A DNA stretch of 64,000 nt from Guillardia theta CCMP2712. Taxonomy: Eukaryota > Protista > Cryptophyta. The notes under the pieces are model-generated. The model had not been told where the DNA came from. It ran no database searches and saw nothing but the letters and a program-made list of their open reading frames with translations. The stretch covers positions 28,490 through 92,489 of the forward strand of contig NW_005434555.1 of the NCBI RefSeq assembly GCF_000315625.1. The letters are read 5' to 3'. Positions 25,440-38,673 of the stretch are shown one piece after another; positions within the stretch are counted from its first letter, which is position 1, and each line of letters starts with the position of its first letter. The translations under genes and the position numbers were made by a program.

Positions 25440-27450
25440 AGGTGATATACAACAATGTTTGTCTTAAACTTTCTTGGCTATCCTTGTGCCATCCATCGGA
25501 TAAACTCGTGATCTTTTCTGAAACAGCCGAGGAACCTGAGAAAGCTTCTTATCTTCCAGTCTCGCAGATTTTCAGTTACTCACCATGTACAGGCCGCACT
25601 TGCTTCCGCTTCCCCCCCCTTCCTCCTCTTCCTCCTCCTCGCCAGTCACGATGACCTTACTCTCTAGCGGAGGCTCGAGGCGCATCGGGCGAGATGAGAA
25701 GGAGCTTTCAGGTTCAGCTCGCATGCTCCTGGCGGTCCTCGTGGAGTAGAGGTTCCAGTAGCGAAGTCCTTCCTCGAAGAGTCTCTTACCGATCAGACCG
25801 TTGATCTCTCCTCTGACTAGTCGTCGTCTGGGTTGAGACGACATGACCCTCTCGCCCTCCTCCTGTTGAGCTTCTTTTCTCAGGTCCCCGACAGAGCCAG
25901 CAGAGCTTGAAAGCTGCTCGTTACCCCTCTCCTTCCCCTCCCTCCCAATATCCTCCTTCTCCCTTGTCTCCGTTTGACTCACGTCGACCGAACAAGTAGT
26001 GACCGAGTCTCCGCAATGCTCTTTCAAGCTGAAACGAGTCAACTACAGCAGACATGGCAGAGCTCTACCTCTCGTTGACGTTGATGGAGCTGATATCCGT
26101 CAAGACCTCGCTCACCTGGCTGATTTCTTGGTAGGTCTCCTCCTCCATTCCCCCGAAGCCTTGGGTCGACTGACAGCTCTCGCTCTTGTCATTATTCGTG
26201 TTCGACTTCTCAATCTGTGTCTTAATGGCGGCGATCCTGTGCCGACGAGTCAAACTCGATTTCATTTCTCACCTCCTCTCACTGTACCACTCCATCTTCT
26301 TCTGCTCACTGTCGGCTTGAAACGTCCAGACCTGACGACAGCGTATGAGAGGAGATGATACAACGAGCGCCCAGCACCCGCTGTCTTCCTGAGCCTTCGC
26401 AAACAGTGAAACGGAGCTCATCGTGTGTGAAGGCCTTGCAGACATGGCTGAGGTACATCTTGGCTTTCTCTTTCCTCAACACTCTCGCAGTGAAATCCTC
26501 ATAGCATATCAAGCAGTGCGGGTGAAGCACAAGATGTCGTTGTCCCTTCAAACAAGCTCGTCATTTCCTCTCGTCTCTCTCGCGCTGAGTCTACCCAATT
26601 TCTTGGCCACGTCATTTCTTGCTGCAATAGCACGCCTTCTTTGATCAGGTGTGTTCGGAGACCTGTGGGTAGAGGAGAGGAGAGGAGAGGAGAAGAAGAG
26701 GAGAGGAGAAGGAGAAGGAGAGGAGAGGAGAGGAAGAGAGGAGAGGAGAGGAGAGGAGAGGAGGGGGAGAGAGGAGGAGAGGAGGAGAGGAGAGGAGAGG
26801 AGAGGAGAGGAGAGGAGAAGGAGAGGAGAAGGAGAGGAGAAGGAGAGGAGGAGGAGAGGAGGAGGAGAGGAGGAGGAGAGGAGGAGGAGGAGGAGAGGTC
26901 AAAGCAAAGAGCAGCAAGCAAGAGCGTTGCTCCTACCTCCTCGGCTCGCCTCAGCAGCAGTCTCAATCCTCGGGAGGTCACCCCACTTACTCGCAGACGC
27001 TCTTATGCTCTTGGTCTTTCTCACGGAGGGAGAGCTGCTCAAGGAGAGAGGGTCCGAGTCCCACGAGCTCCACCTTGAGTTGTCGAAGGTCTTCCATGCC
27101 GCATCCCCTAGCGTCTCCTCTCTTGCGCTGACCTGCTGTGATGTTTCATCCTCCTCCGCATGTTCGTCTAAGGATTCATGCGGTCGTGCCGGCTGCAGGT
27201 GAAAGTTCAGAGCGAGGGAGCGGGAAGGAGAAGAGAAGGTCACCCAGTTCCAATCCGAGACGTTTGCGCTGCCTTGGTCGACTGTGAATTTTGTTTGACA
27301 ACATACCCGAGGGACGTTCATCCTCTACCCTTCAAGAGACTGCGCTTGCTCTCTGTTTGCCTTCATTGTCTGTCCGGCCTCACGCTAGAGCATGAGCCTG
27401 TTCCTGCTAGGCGTCAGGCTCGTCGACGTGACCGCCTCTCCTTCATCCTT
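25440..27450 (-). CDS. Hypothetical multi-exon protein
   Basis: Minus-strand exon-like ORFs (26899-27321, 26306-26551, 26065-26265, 25572-26042) separated by GT-AG introns. No motif recognised and boundaries are uncertain. Confidence 0.35.
26670..26900. repeat. GGAGA/GGA low-complexity tract (probably intronic)
   Basis: Purine-only degenerate repeat, seen directly. Confidence 0.85.
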
Positions 27451-27854
27451 CGCTCTCCTCCTTGCTCTCCTCCTCTCCCTCCTTTGCCGTCGCTACCGGC
27501 GACCCCATGCCGCTGTGCCCAAAACAATACAAACTAATCCCGGACAGAACTAAACCCATGCGAGTCGCGCCATTGGTTTCATTCAATTTCATGTATCGCA
27601 ACAGGAAGTAACGTGTGTTGTTTGTGCGGTACAGACAAGCACATGGTTGTATCGCAACTGCTTGACTTGTCTCTACCTTGCGGCGGAAACGGTTACGCAC
27701 GCTAGGACAGGTGTGTCAAAGGCTACAACTCAGTCTGCTCGTTTCTTCCATTCATTCGGGGACGGTTTTGTTCTGCTGCAAATTCAAAGTTGACCTCACT
27801 TGTCTCGTGTCGACTCATGAAGAGACATGACTGTTTTCATGTGCGACTTCTCCA

Positions 27855-30800
27855 TCACGAGCGTCGCGTTGGCGGTTGCTCATAGTCGTCATCGTAATCC
27901 TCATCGTCTTCTTCGTCTTCCTCATCCACTTCCTCCTCGACTCGCACATCCTCCTCGTCGTCGTCAGGGGCGAGGGTGTCGGGGTCAGCCAGGTACTTGA
28001 ACTTCACTCCGAGGTGAGACTCGAAGAGACCCACTCGCTTCCTGCAGGGCAGCGTCGCGATCAGCTTCGAGCGCAAGGAAGGAGACAATCACTTACTTCA
28101 AATCCTTGACGACCAGGGTCACAACCTTTCCCTTCCTCCCCAGCCTCCCAGTCCTCCCTGCCATGTGCACATAGCTGGCGACTTCGCGGGGGAGCTGCTT
28201 GCGAGGTCAGAGCAGAAGAGAACGCAGCTGAAGGAGACCTCCCAGAGGAACACGACATCGAAGTAGAAGTCCAGGCCACGAGCGTTTGACTCGCTCATGA
28301 TGATCAGCGGTGGGTTGTCTCTGAGCAGACGTCAGAGCCAGGGAGGCCAGGAGGAGAAGACAGGAGGGAGAAGAGGAGAAGACAGGAGGGAGAAGAGGAG
28401 AAGACAGGAGGGAGAAGAGGAGAAGACAGGAGGGAGAAGAGGAGAAGAAAGGAGGGAGAAGAGGAGAAGACAGGAGGGAGAAGAGGAGAAGACAGGAGGG
28501 AGAAGAGGTCTTGCTCGCTTACTGCTCAGCGAGAGAGTTTCTCAGGTTTTCTCGCCGCTGCACAAGTTCATTGTGAATGTCCTCGGACACTGTTGGCTCG
28601 CCCGTGGCATTCTTCGCATCGTACTCGTCGAATCCCAGGGCCCGATGGATCGAGATCGCTCGTTCGATGCCGCTGCAGCAAGAAAGAGGAGAGTGAGGCG
28701 GGAGCGAGAGGGAGAGCAGCCAGGGAGCATTTTAGTGGCATGCCAGCAGCTTCACCTGTAGTGCATTTTGTCGATAATCTCGTTCACGCTCAGCCCATTG
28801 GGAAGGAATAAGATGGCAGGAGTGGTCGGACAGTAAGCGGTGAGCAGATTTTGCAGCGTGCGATATTTCTCCTCTTCTCTCCTGATGGAAAGGTACTGTA
28901 CAAGCATCAAGAGCCCAACCCTTCGCACATAGTATTCTAACGAGATGCTTGATGGTGGGGGGGATAATCGCTCCGGCTTCGAACTGCCCTCCTGTATCCA
29001 GCTTCCTGTTGTCGGCTATCAGAAAAGTCGGGTGCAGAGAATGCAAAAGTGAGAGGCAATGGTGGGAGTGATGATTTAGAGGTCAGCTCACTTCAACAGC
29101 TTGTTCTGTTGCACAAGCTCTTCTTCCGTCATGAAGTCATCTCGACTCAAGCGGACAATCTGTCAACGTTTGAATCTCAAACACATCAGGAAATTTTCAG
29201 AGAATAAAAGTAAAGATGGGGAGGGAAACATCCGTCAAAAGGGTCAGGAGGGCGAGAGGAAAAGAGACTGACGTCTAAAACTTTCATCCCGAGGGACTCG
29301 TCGAATCTGTAGGATCAGACGTTCAGAGAAGCTCATTGACAGACGAACAAGAATCATTGCCATGACAGAAAGACAAGCAGACCTGGCCAGCTCCTGCCTC
29401 AGCGACCTGCTGATGGTTGCAGAGCAAGAGACGATTTGTAGGGGAAGGCTACGTCGATTGTGATGCTGCAGGATCTGCCTTGATGTGACTGAGAGCACAG
29501 GAGGGAGCGAAGCAACTCTCACTCGCTGCATCATCAAGCTCGTGGGCATCGGATGCGCCTTCCTCATCTTCACCTTCTGCTCGACGTGTTGGTCACTTTT
29601 TCAGCTTCACTTCTCCTTCCTCTGCTGACCTTGAGAGGCGCATGCTTGTTCAACGGGTTCAACAGTTTGTCCACCTCATCCAGCACCATCACTTCCAGAT
29701 TGCCCAGCAGCTGCTGGAGCTGATCTTTATCCCTGATGGTGGCAAGAATGCTGGGAAAGCATCAAACACGGGCGAGTAAAGGAAGAAAGACACACCTTTG
29801 ATATCTGTCAGGTGTGCAAATGACGATGGGACAGGTTGTCTTCATCATCTACAGGTAGTCAGACAAATGAAATTGCAAACTCCTAAGATCTTCTTTTGGC
29901 ACTCGTCTTGTAGCGAATACGAAAAACACAAAGAGGAAACGAGGATCAAATGGTTGAACAAAGAATCCCTTTGAAATTGATAGCAACAAACAGTGCACTT
30001 TGTAGATTGGCGGCATCTAAATCGCGTTCACCTTATCCAGCTGATCTTCAAATCTTTCTGTCCCTCCCACAATCATCATTCCAAACCCTGCTCCTCGATA
30101 TCTGACGCATTCGCTGAGAATCTGCTCATAGCCGTCAGCGATTCTTGCTCCATTCCCCGCTTGGGCAGTTTCAAACATCTAACAAGACACTTCAAATCGG
30201 CCACTGTCTTACTTGCAGAGCAAGTTCTCGGGTAGGAGCGACTATCAGCCCCCTCCTCGGCTTGCTTCCTTCCTCGAACCTCGCGAACAAGGGCATGAGG
30301 TATGCGAGCGTCTTTCCGCTTCCCGTTGGAGACTGGACAATGACAGAGCGACCCTGCAGGAGGGAGTGACGTGAAATCAAGACCTTTCCCTCCAGCACAC
30401 ACCGACATGATAGAAGGGATGGCAACATGCTGGATGGGAAGAGGCGTAGAGACACCAATTGCCTGCAGCTTCTCATGCACCTGCCAGTTCGGTCAACGAC
30501 CAGCCAAAGACTTGAGATGTTGGTGGGGCAGAATCAGGTGGAGAAGCACGACAAGAGGTGGGTGAGAGCAGAGAAATTGGATGTGGAGGAGCAACAAGAA
30601 GGCAGACGGAGGGAGGGAGCAACAAGAAGGCAGACGGAGGGAGGGAGCAACAAGAAGGCAGACGGAGGGAGGGAGCAACAAGAAGGCAGACGGAGGGAGG
30701 GAGCAACAAGAAGGCAGACGGAGGGAGGGAGCAACAATAAGGCAGACGGAGGGAGGGAGCAACAAGAAGGCAGACGGAGGGAGGGAGCAACAAGAAGGCA

Positions 30801-31699
30801 GACGGAGGGAGGGAGCAACAAGAAGGCAGACGGAGGGAGGGAGCAACAAGAAGGCAGACGGAGGGAGGGAGCAACAAGAAGGCAGACGGAGGGAGGGAGC
30901 AACAAGAAGGTGGATGCAGGCAGGGATGTAGGGAGGGTAACAAAACTCGAATGTACGTCACCTGGGGCGTGCACATCAATCCAGCGAACTGGTTTGGGTT
31001 TGTCGTCTCCTCGATAGGAAGGGGACTGAGAGGTTTCAAGTTTCCTTTCATGTCCTTCAAGTCGTCAATCATAACTTCCATCTTCATCTCGGACAGCTCT
31101 TCTTCAGTTATGTTCTCTGAAGACAGGCCCATTTGGTACATTGCAATCGCAGCGGGGCCAGCAGCCTTCTTCACTACTCCGACATCACCTTCCGTCATCT
31201 CCTCCGTTGGACCCTTCTGTGCTTCACTTCTCTCGTGCTCCTCCAGCCTCTTGAGGTCCTGCGGTGAGATGGTCCCTTCCTTCCTCCTGCGCTCTAGTAG
31301 CCTTCGTTCCGAGCTCAATAGTAGCACTCTTCTCCCGCTGGGCTCGTTGCCGGAATGAAACTGCCTCGTGTCCTTCATTGTGATGATCCGTGAGAGCACT
31401 CTGCGAAGAAAGGTCACCTCAACAAAGGACAGGAGGAGCATGACGCCTATCAGGCAGCTTTACCTGCCAGTGCAGAGATAATGCCGTCCAAGTTGGCTGT
31501 ATGCAAATGTCCCACGTTTCCAAGACGCATGCAAGTTTCGTTCAATGAGATTCATCGGATCAATCCTGCTGTGCATGAAGGCAGCAAGAGTTTTCCTTGA
31601 GCTGGCTGACGTCCAGGAAGCCATGGTTGCACAGCTGGATGATACAAACACAGCAACGATGAGCGGGCGATGCAAAGGGCCACGAGCTCTTATGACCAT
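27855..31699 (-). CDS. DEAD-box RNA helicase, probably organelle-targeted
   Basis: Q motif [63 protein letters not shown]-terminal hydrophobic then Ser-rich leader. Confidence 0.9.
28351..28507. repeat. 22-bp minisatellite (GAGGAGAAGACAGGAGGGAGAA) x~7 in a helicase intron
   Basis: Head-to-tail tandem copies. Confidence 0.9.
30591..30910. repeat. 28-bp minisatellite (GCAACAAGAAGGCAGACGGAGGGAGGGA) x~11 in a helicase intron
   Basis: Head-to-tail tandem copies with no spacers. Confidence 0.95.
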
Positions 31700-32248
31700 G
31701 AACCAGCAGGCCTGTGTGTTCAGAGTGAGCTCCTGGCATGTCTCTTCTCTTCCACCAGAGCATCGAATCTATGCTCCTGCCTCCCTTGTATCGGGAGGGT
31801 AGCTATGAGACAAGCAACTTGATCTGCTATCTTTCCTTTATCTCATCTCACTCTCTCAAGCATCTCTCAGCACATCTCTCATCGTCAACTCCTCTCTGCC
31901 TCTCCCTCCTCCTCCTATCTCGCCATCTTCTCGTCATTCCTGTCCGTCCTATGGACGCATCTTTGCGAGCATGCGCGCCGTTACGTGCCGTTTTTGGGAC
32001 ACCGAATTCTTAGAGACCCGGCTGCGCCCGGGCCGCCCGGGACCGGAACGAGGGCCGCGCCGGCAAGTCACTGGCCCTTTGAGCAGGCACCGTCACGGTT
32101 CAAGTGTTCCGAGGACGGAAGGCCCGGGCAGCAGCGCTAGTCCAGACGCATGAGACCCACCAGCCCCGACGCAACAGTCATAGTCTCAGCTTCGTTTATC
32201 ATACAATCTCCCTGACCTCACACTTGTACCTCTACAGCTCCACGTCGG

Positions 32249-35200
32249 TTAAGAATAAATCGTCTGCTTCATCCCCTTACACGAGTTGGGCACCACGCAC
32301 ATTCGCTGTCCCTTGGGCAGGAACGCGGCACCCGCTAGGTTGAAGTTCATCTCCACCACTTGGCTCAGCGTCATCCCGAACCTCGCCGCCACCACGTCCA
32401 GCCCTACGTCCGCCAGCTCCGACCTGTACACGTGCCCGACGCTGATGTTCTGCTGGCTGTAGACCAGATAGTCCGGGTGAAACACCTTGGCGTTGAGGCT
32501 CCACAAGAGGATCCAGTCCATGTTGAAGAGCGCCGCGATCTCCTGCAGCTGCTGGTCCCGCCCCACCGAGTACACACAAGGCAGCACCGTCACAAGGATG
32601 CACCGCTCTGACGACGAGGGTACGAGCCCAGCACAGTTCGAGCTGCTCAGCAGCTTCTTCGCCACAAAGCAGCTCAGCGAGCTGTACCCGCCCACCTTGG
32701 GCGAGGGGGTCCATCTCAGCGTCTTGTACCGCCCCGTACAGCCCCAGCTCGCAACCAGCAGGGAGGATAGGGAGGCGCCCGGAGGAAGCATGCTCCCCGA
32801 CGCCACCTCCAGCGATACCTGCGACTGACAATCCGCCACAGACACGCCGAGGTCAACTGCAGTCTCCCTGCCCATGATCAGCTCGACTGATGCTGGGATC
32901 GAGCTGTTGAACTTGGGAGCATCTTCTACGATGACGTTGATGCCTAGGCACTTGAGAGGAGACATGGCGACCGTCGCGTAGTTGGCGATGCACAGACCGT
33001 TAGACGAGCAGTCAGCGTTCGACTTGCATGATCGGTCGAGCTGGTTGGAGCAGAGCGAGCCGTTGAGGAAGCGAGCATGCGACTGGAAGCAGATGAAGTT
33101 CATCCCCAGGTCCTGCTGGCAGGGGGTCCACGTCACCTTCATCGACACACTCTGACTTGTCGTCGACGTCGTCGACCTCGCAGCGTGGAAGAACATCGTG
33201 CTCGGCGACCTGCCGCTGTCCAGCAGCAGCTTTGCAACACGCATGTCAGCACCCTCCCCTGCTCCACCTCTCGCCTACCTGCAGCGACGACAAGTCGCTC
33301 GACGAGGTCACCGTGCTCGTCAGGGTCAGCTCCAGGTACGTTCCCGCGGTCACACTCAACGTCGACAACTTGGCCATCATCGGTGGGAGGCTAGTGGAGG
33401 CATCGGCAGAGCCTGAGCTTGAGAAGAAGCCGGAGAACTCCAAGCTCGGCTCGTTGATGGTCAAGCTCCCGACCTTGAACTGACTGACGCCGCTGCAGCT
33501 CACAGCTTCGATCGTTTGCGAGACGATGTCGACAGGCACTCCGGTCAGGTTGGCATCCCATGACAAGTAGACAGTCAACTGGTTGTAGCCCGGAAGAAGC
33601 TGCAGCGACAGAGCGTAAGGGCTGACCGACGAGTCTGAGGGCGCCTGTACACACTTCTGGCTCGCATGCGAGACTCTCGGGTTCGCTACGTCAGTCTGAA
33701 GGATGTAGTTCGACTGGTCTACCCCCATCGGGTACGTCGGCCTCACTTGCGAGTATCGGCAGGTCGTCCTGTAGGCTGGACATGAGCTTTCTGCCGCCGA
33801 TGCCTTACCCCAGTCAAAGCTGTACAGAAGCAGCAGCTGGGAAGCTATCTGGTAGTCGGTCGCACTTGTCATGCTCTGCCCGTACAGGGAAGTTGGGTCT
33901 CCATAGCTGTTGGACAAGGACGGCTCAATCTGCCTCTGGTACCACCGCACTATCTCTCCTTCGTTCCTTTCTCCCAGCCAGAACCGCCATTCTCGTAGCG
34001 ATCTGCACAGCATCGCTCACTTTCTTCCCTCACCCCTCAGCGTCCAGGCTCACCCGTGAAAGTAGGACGGGGGACCCGCCGCTCCTCGATATCCTCCGAA
34101 CAGAAGGTAGGCTCCCGACCCCATGGAGTCAGTCGAGTATGACGTGCGAGGACCCTCGACCTGCAGTCAACATGAGTCCACCGCGTCACTCCTGCTTGAC
34201 AAGCTTCACCGGGTTCGATTCTCCTTCCGACAAGGCTTTGAGCGCAATCCCTGGGCGTCGCCCTCCCGTGCACCCTCCTCCTGCTTGGCACGGAGGATAC
34301 TCCCCCTTGCTCAGCACTTGCCTGTACGGAGGTTCGCGCGCCACGTCAGCAACTAGTATCGAGGAAGGGCAGGGATCATCGCACCCGTTGACGTAGACTT
34401 TGTAGGTAGAGTAGTACTTCGAGCTCTGAGAGAACGAATGGCGAACTACTGCCAAGTGCATGCAGCGACCCACTGCCAGCTTCTCCTGCAAGCCAAGTGA
34501 GCAACTACCGCTCTACGGCCGAGCACGAAGAAGCGCGAGAGCATCGAAGCATTACCGCCATGGCAAATGCAACAACGGACAGAGCAAAGTTGTTGTCACT
34601 GTCGATTTGCAGCTCGTGTCCGACCGTCACGTGTGTCTCGTTCACTTTCACGTAGCTGACATCACAACGTCGTCACCTCTCGGAGCATAACGAGCACATT
34701 CAGTACATCATTGATATCTCGCAGCTCTTGCTTGCTTGACAAGTCGCGGAGCTTGATCCCGTGGAGAGCACGACTCCTCCTTCTGCCGAGTCGATTCTGA
34801 CCACGCCTTCAATCTGACCCCACACCCGCTCGTCAGCGCTTCCTCCCACCATGTTGGTGGCACACAGACAGGACAAGAGCGTATGAGGGGAGTGAGATTA
34901 CCGTGGACGCAGGGACGTTGACATGCGACTGTATCAAGTACCCAAAGCATCGCAGCCCGTTCTGTCTCATACTATCAGTTCTCCTCGCAACCCTTACAAG
35001 TACTCAACATTTTGTCCAATGACGCACTGCTCTGCAGATGTAGCGATGTGGTAGCTCAGCGGAAGCATGGCGATGCCGTTGCCCGTCTGATCGCCGAACT
35101 GTGTCAGCGTGTTTGTCTGGGTAGGCTCGTCCACTTTCAGGTAGGGAGCAGACACAGACCGACCCTGCGGGTCTCTCATGGCCGCAGGGATGAAGACCGT

Positions 35201-35829
35201 GACGTAGTCTCCGTATTGAGCGTTCTGACAGTACTTCCCTCCGATCATGGGAGGAACGAAAGATCGCGGAGAGCTGACGCTCCGGAGCAGGTCAACCTCG
35301 CCAAGCAGCAGCCACGGCTGGTTCCCTCCTTGCAGCAGGTTCGAGATCCGACAGCATCCTGAGAACTTCACGACCCAAGGAGACCCGCCGTTGTTGGGAG
35401 TAGCGTAAACATGCTCGAACACTGCCTGACCTAAAATCCAGTTGCTCTCGATCGAGTATGCGATGATCTTCATCGTCAGCCTGTCCAATATGAAGCCGTC
35501 CCCGAAATCAAACATGGGCGTCTCTCGTCCTACCATCACCACCATGTCTCCGATCTGCGCGTACCCGTCCCTTTCCGTCCCTCGGAAGTACCCTGTATCC
35601 ACAACGCGAGTGAAAGCAGCCTCCACGGTGAACTGCACGCGATTTCCTGATATCACGTTCCAGAACAAATGGCCATAGCGGAAAGTGCCGCTGAGAGCAG
35701 AGGCTGGAGGAGCCGGTCAGAGAGTTTGAAACGAGCACATGGCATGCGGCTAGACTCACCTAGTTGACCTTGCGAATCAGCTGGACCAGCCAGAAGCAGC
35801 ACAATGCAGAGAAGAAACGATCTCAACAT
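32249..35829 (-). CDS. Secreted LysM protein B' (near-identical inverted paralog of 5686-9266)
   Basis: Same exon ORFs (34994-35668, 34186-34491, 33246-34013, 32249-33244) with a few substitutions, e.g. WDAISG/WNVISG and GINF/GMNF. Confidence 0.75.
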
Positions 35830-36334
35830 TGTGCGCGGATAGTGGTATGAAGACAGGGAAGAGAGAACAAGGAGAGGGGGAACACACAGAGAAATGGCAA
35901 CACGAGTGACGAGTGGGAAGTGAAAGGAACACGAGGAAAGTAAATGGGAGGGACGGGAAGCAGAAGGAGGAAGAAGGAAGAGAAGCAGCTAGAGAGATCG
36001 GAGACTTTGAATCTCAACGACCAAGACGTTCTCCTCTCAATGTCTCATCTTCATCTTCTCACTCCTCCTCCCTCCCCTTCTTCCTTGGTAGCGCCATGGC
36101 GACAGGAATTTAGACTCATTGCTGGTGAAGGGTGCTCAATGATCAATAAAATTGCTATAAACACCCACCCCTCACCTCATTAATCAAAAGTTACAATACA
36201 CTTTATTTAGGAATTTACCATTATTCTTTTAGTTAATTTTAACCACCTACAAGTGAAGGACCCCCTTCGGAACACCCGAGCACTGACTCTTCGATCTAAA
36301 GGTTTACCTGCCAGTAGTCCCTTGGCCTGAGAGA

Positions 36335-37282
36335 ATGGCGGCAGTGCGTGATTGCCGCTGGCTCTTCCCGCGCCATGGCATCGGACTCTGCTGTCCCTCC
36401 CACTACCTCCTCCTCCTCCTCCTCCTCCTTGCTCTCGCTCCTAGCCACGTCTCCTCTCAAGGAACTGTAACCATCAACCATTGGTACTTGGAAGTGCCGA
36501 CAGTTGTCCAACATACAGTTGTGGGTACCGAGTTTTCAACGGAAGTGACATGCTCATCAAGAGACACCAGCATGCTCCCTCTATTTCAAGTCCAGGGTCT
36601 TCCTCAAGGGAACCTCTCACTCACCATGAACAGCACCATGATGCCGCGAGGGGTTCAAGTTGTGTATAACTTCAGGTACATGCCCGTAAGGGGAGACGAG
36701 GGTCACACCTTCAACTGGGTCTTCTCCTGTGGGGATCAGGATCAAATCCTCCCACCGCTAACCAGCACCTTGAGCTTGAAGATCGAGCTCTGCGCCTACA
36801 CCGTTGTGCCCATGGACACCTTGACAACCCTCACACGAAGGTCGGTTGATGGAGCTTGTGCGGTCGACCTGACTCACCGCAGGTATCAGCTGAGCACCAA
36901 CTGGCTCAACCTGTGGAATGCAAACCCGTAATGATCATCATCTTGACTTGCGACTTGCTCTCACTGCCGCCTCAGAACTCGCGTGCCAGATCCCGACATG
37001 AACCTCGCCGTGGGCGACATCATCAAGGTCGGGCCTGTCTACCACACCATGGCCGGGGAGACGCTCGCCTCCATCGCAGGTCGGGTGTTGTTGGTGGCCA
37101 CGACTAGGGGCTGAGCCTTCTTGACAGGAAAGTTCTCCACTACAGTGAAGCAGCTCCTCAACGTCAACCCCCAGCTGTCTGTGCAGACACCAGACGTTGA
37201 GCTTGCAACCGGAACGGAGATGTGCGTGATGGCCTGCACTAGCCTGCCCAACCCATGGATGGTGTACAAGTGGGCTTATTGA
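36335..37282 (+). CDS. Secreted LysM protein A' (short paralog of A: one Ig-like domain plus two LysM)
   Basis: Leader ...HYLLLLLLLLALAPSHVSS. The next domain is a divergent homolog of A's last Ig-like domain. The LysM cassette is near-identical to A. Confidence 0.8.
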
Positions 37283-37329
37283 TTCGTTTGATGCGCTAGC
37301 AAGACAACAGTCAATCCTTGGCTCTCATG

Positions 37330-37965
37330 GTTGATTCAGAGAGTCCAATGATGATGAATCCACAAGCGATTCCACAGAGACACAGATCTGCCGAGAACCG
37401 AACTAGAAGGAGCTCAGAGCCTGTCGAAGAAATCAGATCCCTCTCATTGCAGGCCTCAACATTCAGAACAATGCGTGCTGCACAAGCCAATAAGTAGAAC
37501 CAATCACAACCACCATGGGGTTGGACCTCAAGCAGGAGAGAAGCTGTTTGCGCTCGACCTTGTGATAGTCATCAGGTGGGATGTGGTCATCGAGCACACG
37601 ATTCAGCACAGCCATGCAGAGGAAGAGGGCTATCACAGGTGCAGTCTGATAAGGATCGATACCGGATCAAAGCCGCGACGCTCACTCCAAGCTCTCCAGG
37701 CGACCCAAACATTGTTGAGTTTGCCAGGAACTTCAACGGAGTCACAACAAGAACACTTTGGACGTGGACCCTCTTGCCACTCAATCGTGTATGTCTTTAG
37801 TCGATATATTGCAACATTCATCTGAGCGAATGATAAATTGTGATTACAGCGCCTCTGCGATTGCTGTGCACGTACCCTTGTGGAGCATCAAAGTTCGAAT
37901 CCTTCTCATTATATTGTCGTTTTCTCTTCTCTTCTTCATCTTCTTCCTCCTCTTCTTGCATCATT
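37330..37965 (-). CDS. Small hypothetical spliced protein with a hydrophobic segment
   Basis: Possible exons MQEEEEEDEEEKRK..., ...KCSCCDSVEVPGKLNNVWVAWRAW and TAPVIALFLCMAVLNRVLDDH.... Boundaries are uncertain. Confidence 0.3.
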
Positions 37966-38673
37966 CTCTTCACTTCTTGCTTGCTTCTCGCCACAAATTC
38001 GTTTCTTCACGTCCTGCAAACTTACTACTACTGTCTTTCGTTAATTGATTTATAAATATTTTTTGGCATTTCTGGTATGATCCAGATACATTAAAAAATA
38101 TTTATCTCATATTGGTAACAGTTATATTGCAACATAGTTTTGAACCTTGGATCTTATTTTATTTGTTTCTACTAAGTAAAACAATTTATTTATTTTCCCA
38201 ACAAATTACTACATTATTAAAACTTTCTTTGTACTTTTCTATTACCATTTCTGAACAAAGTACGTTTTTAAAAGGTTTTCACTTGTAAAGCTTTTAAGTG
38301 ACACCCCTCTGCGCCCTTGTATGGTGCGGATGGCTTGCAAGCCAGGGCAAAGATGGCATGAGAGAGGAAGGAGAGAGCGCGAGGAGCGAGGAGCTCAGTC
38401 TCGATTGATCCCTTCATGACCATGACACTTCCTCTCGTGCCATGAAATCTAAACTGATCCCGAGCTCGATTGTTTGGTCGGATGGTTCACGCTTCAGGGG
38501 CGTAGAGCTTGCTGTTCCTTGTTATGCACATCTCTTCCAGTGGGTTCGATATCGACTGTGAGAGATCACAGTAGTTTCAATCAGGAAGGAAAAATAGTAG
38601 GGAAGATAATCCCAATGATTTGAGGACAGGGCCAACGCTGTGACGACTATGTGACCTTTAACTCAGGCACAAC

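Noticed and set aside
26499-27202. Arg/Glu/Gly-rich or Ser/Pro/Leu-rich ORFs here and at ~11000-11400, 42900-43450 and 49850-50100
   Set aside because: These are translations of stop-free purine/pyrimidine microsatellites and are open in several frames at once.
30591-30910. 28-bp repeat as a CRISPR array
   Set aside because: Units are head-to-tail with no unique spacers, there are no cas genes, and it lies in a eukaryotic intron.
5686-35829. Inverted repeats as termini of a giant transposon or endogenous virus
   Set aside because: The arms are intron-containing host genes. No transposase, integrase, polymerase or capsid gene was recognised inside, and no target-site duplication was found.
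38040-38300. AT-rich block as a mobile element or organellar insertion
   Set aside because: No terminal repeats, ORF or recognisable [18 protein letters not shown]. Treated as intergenic.
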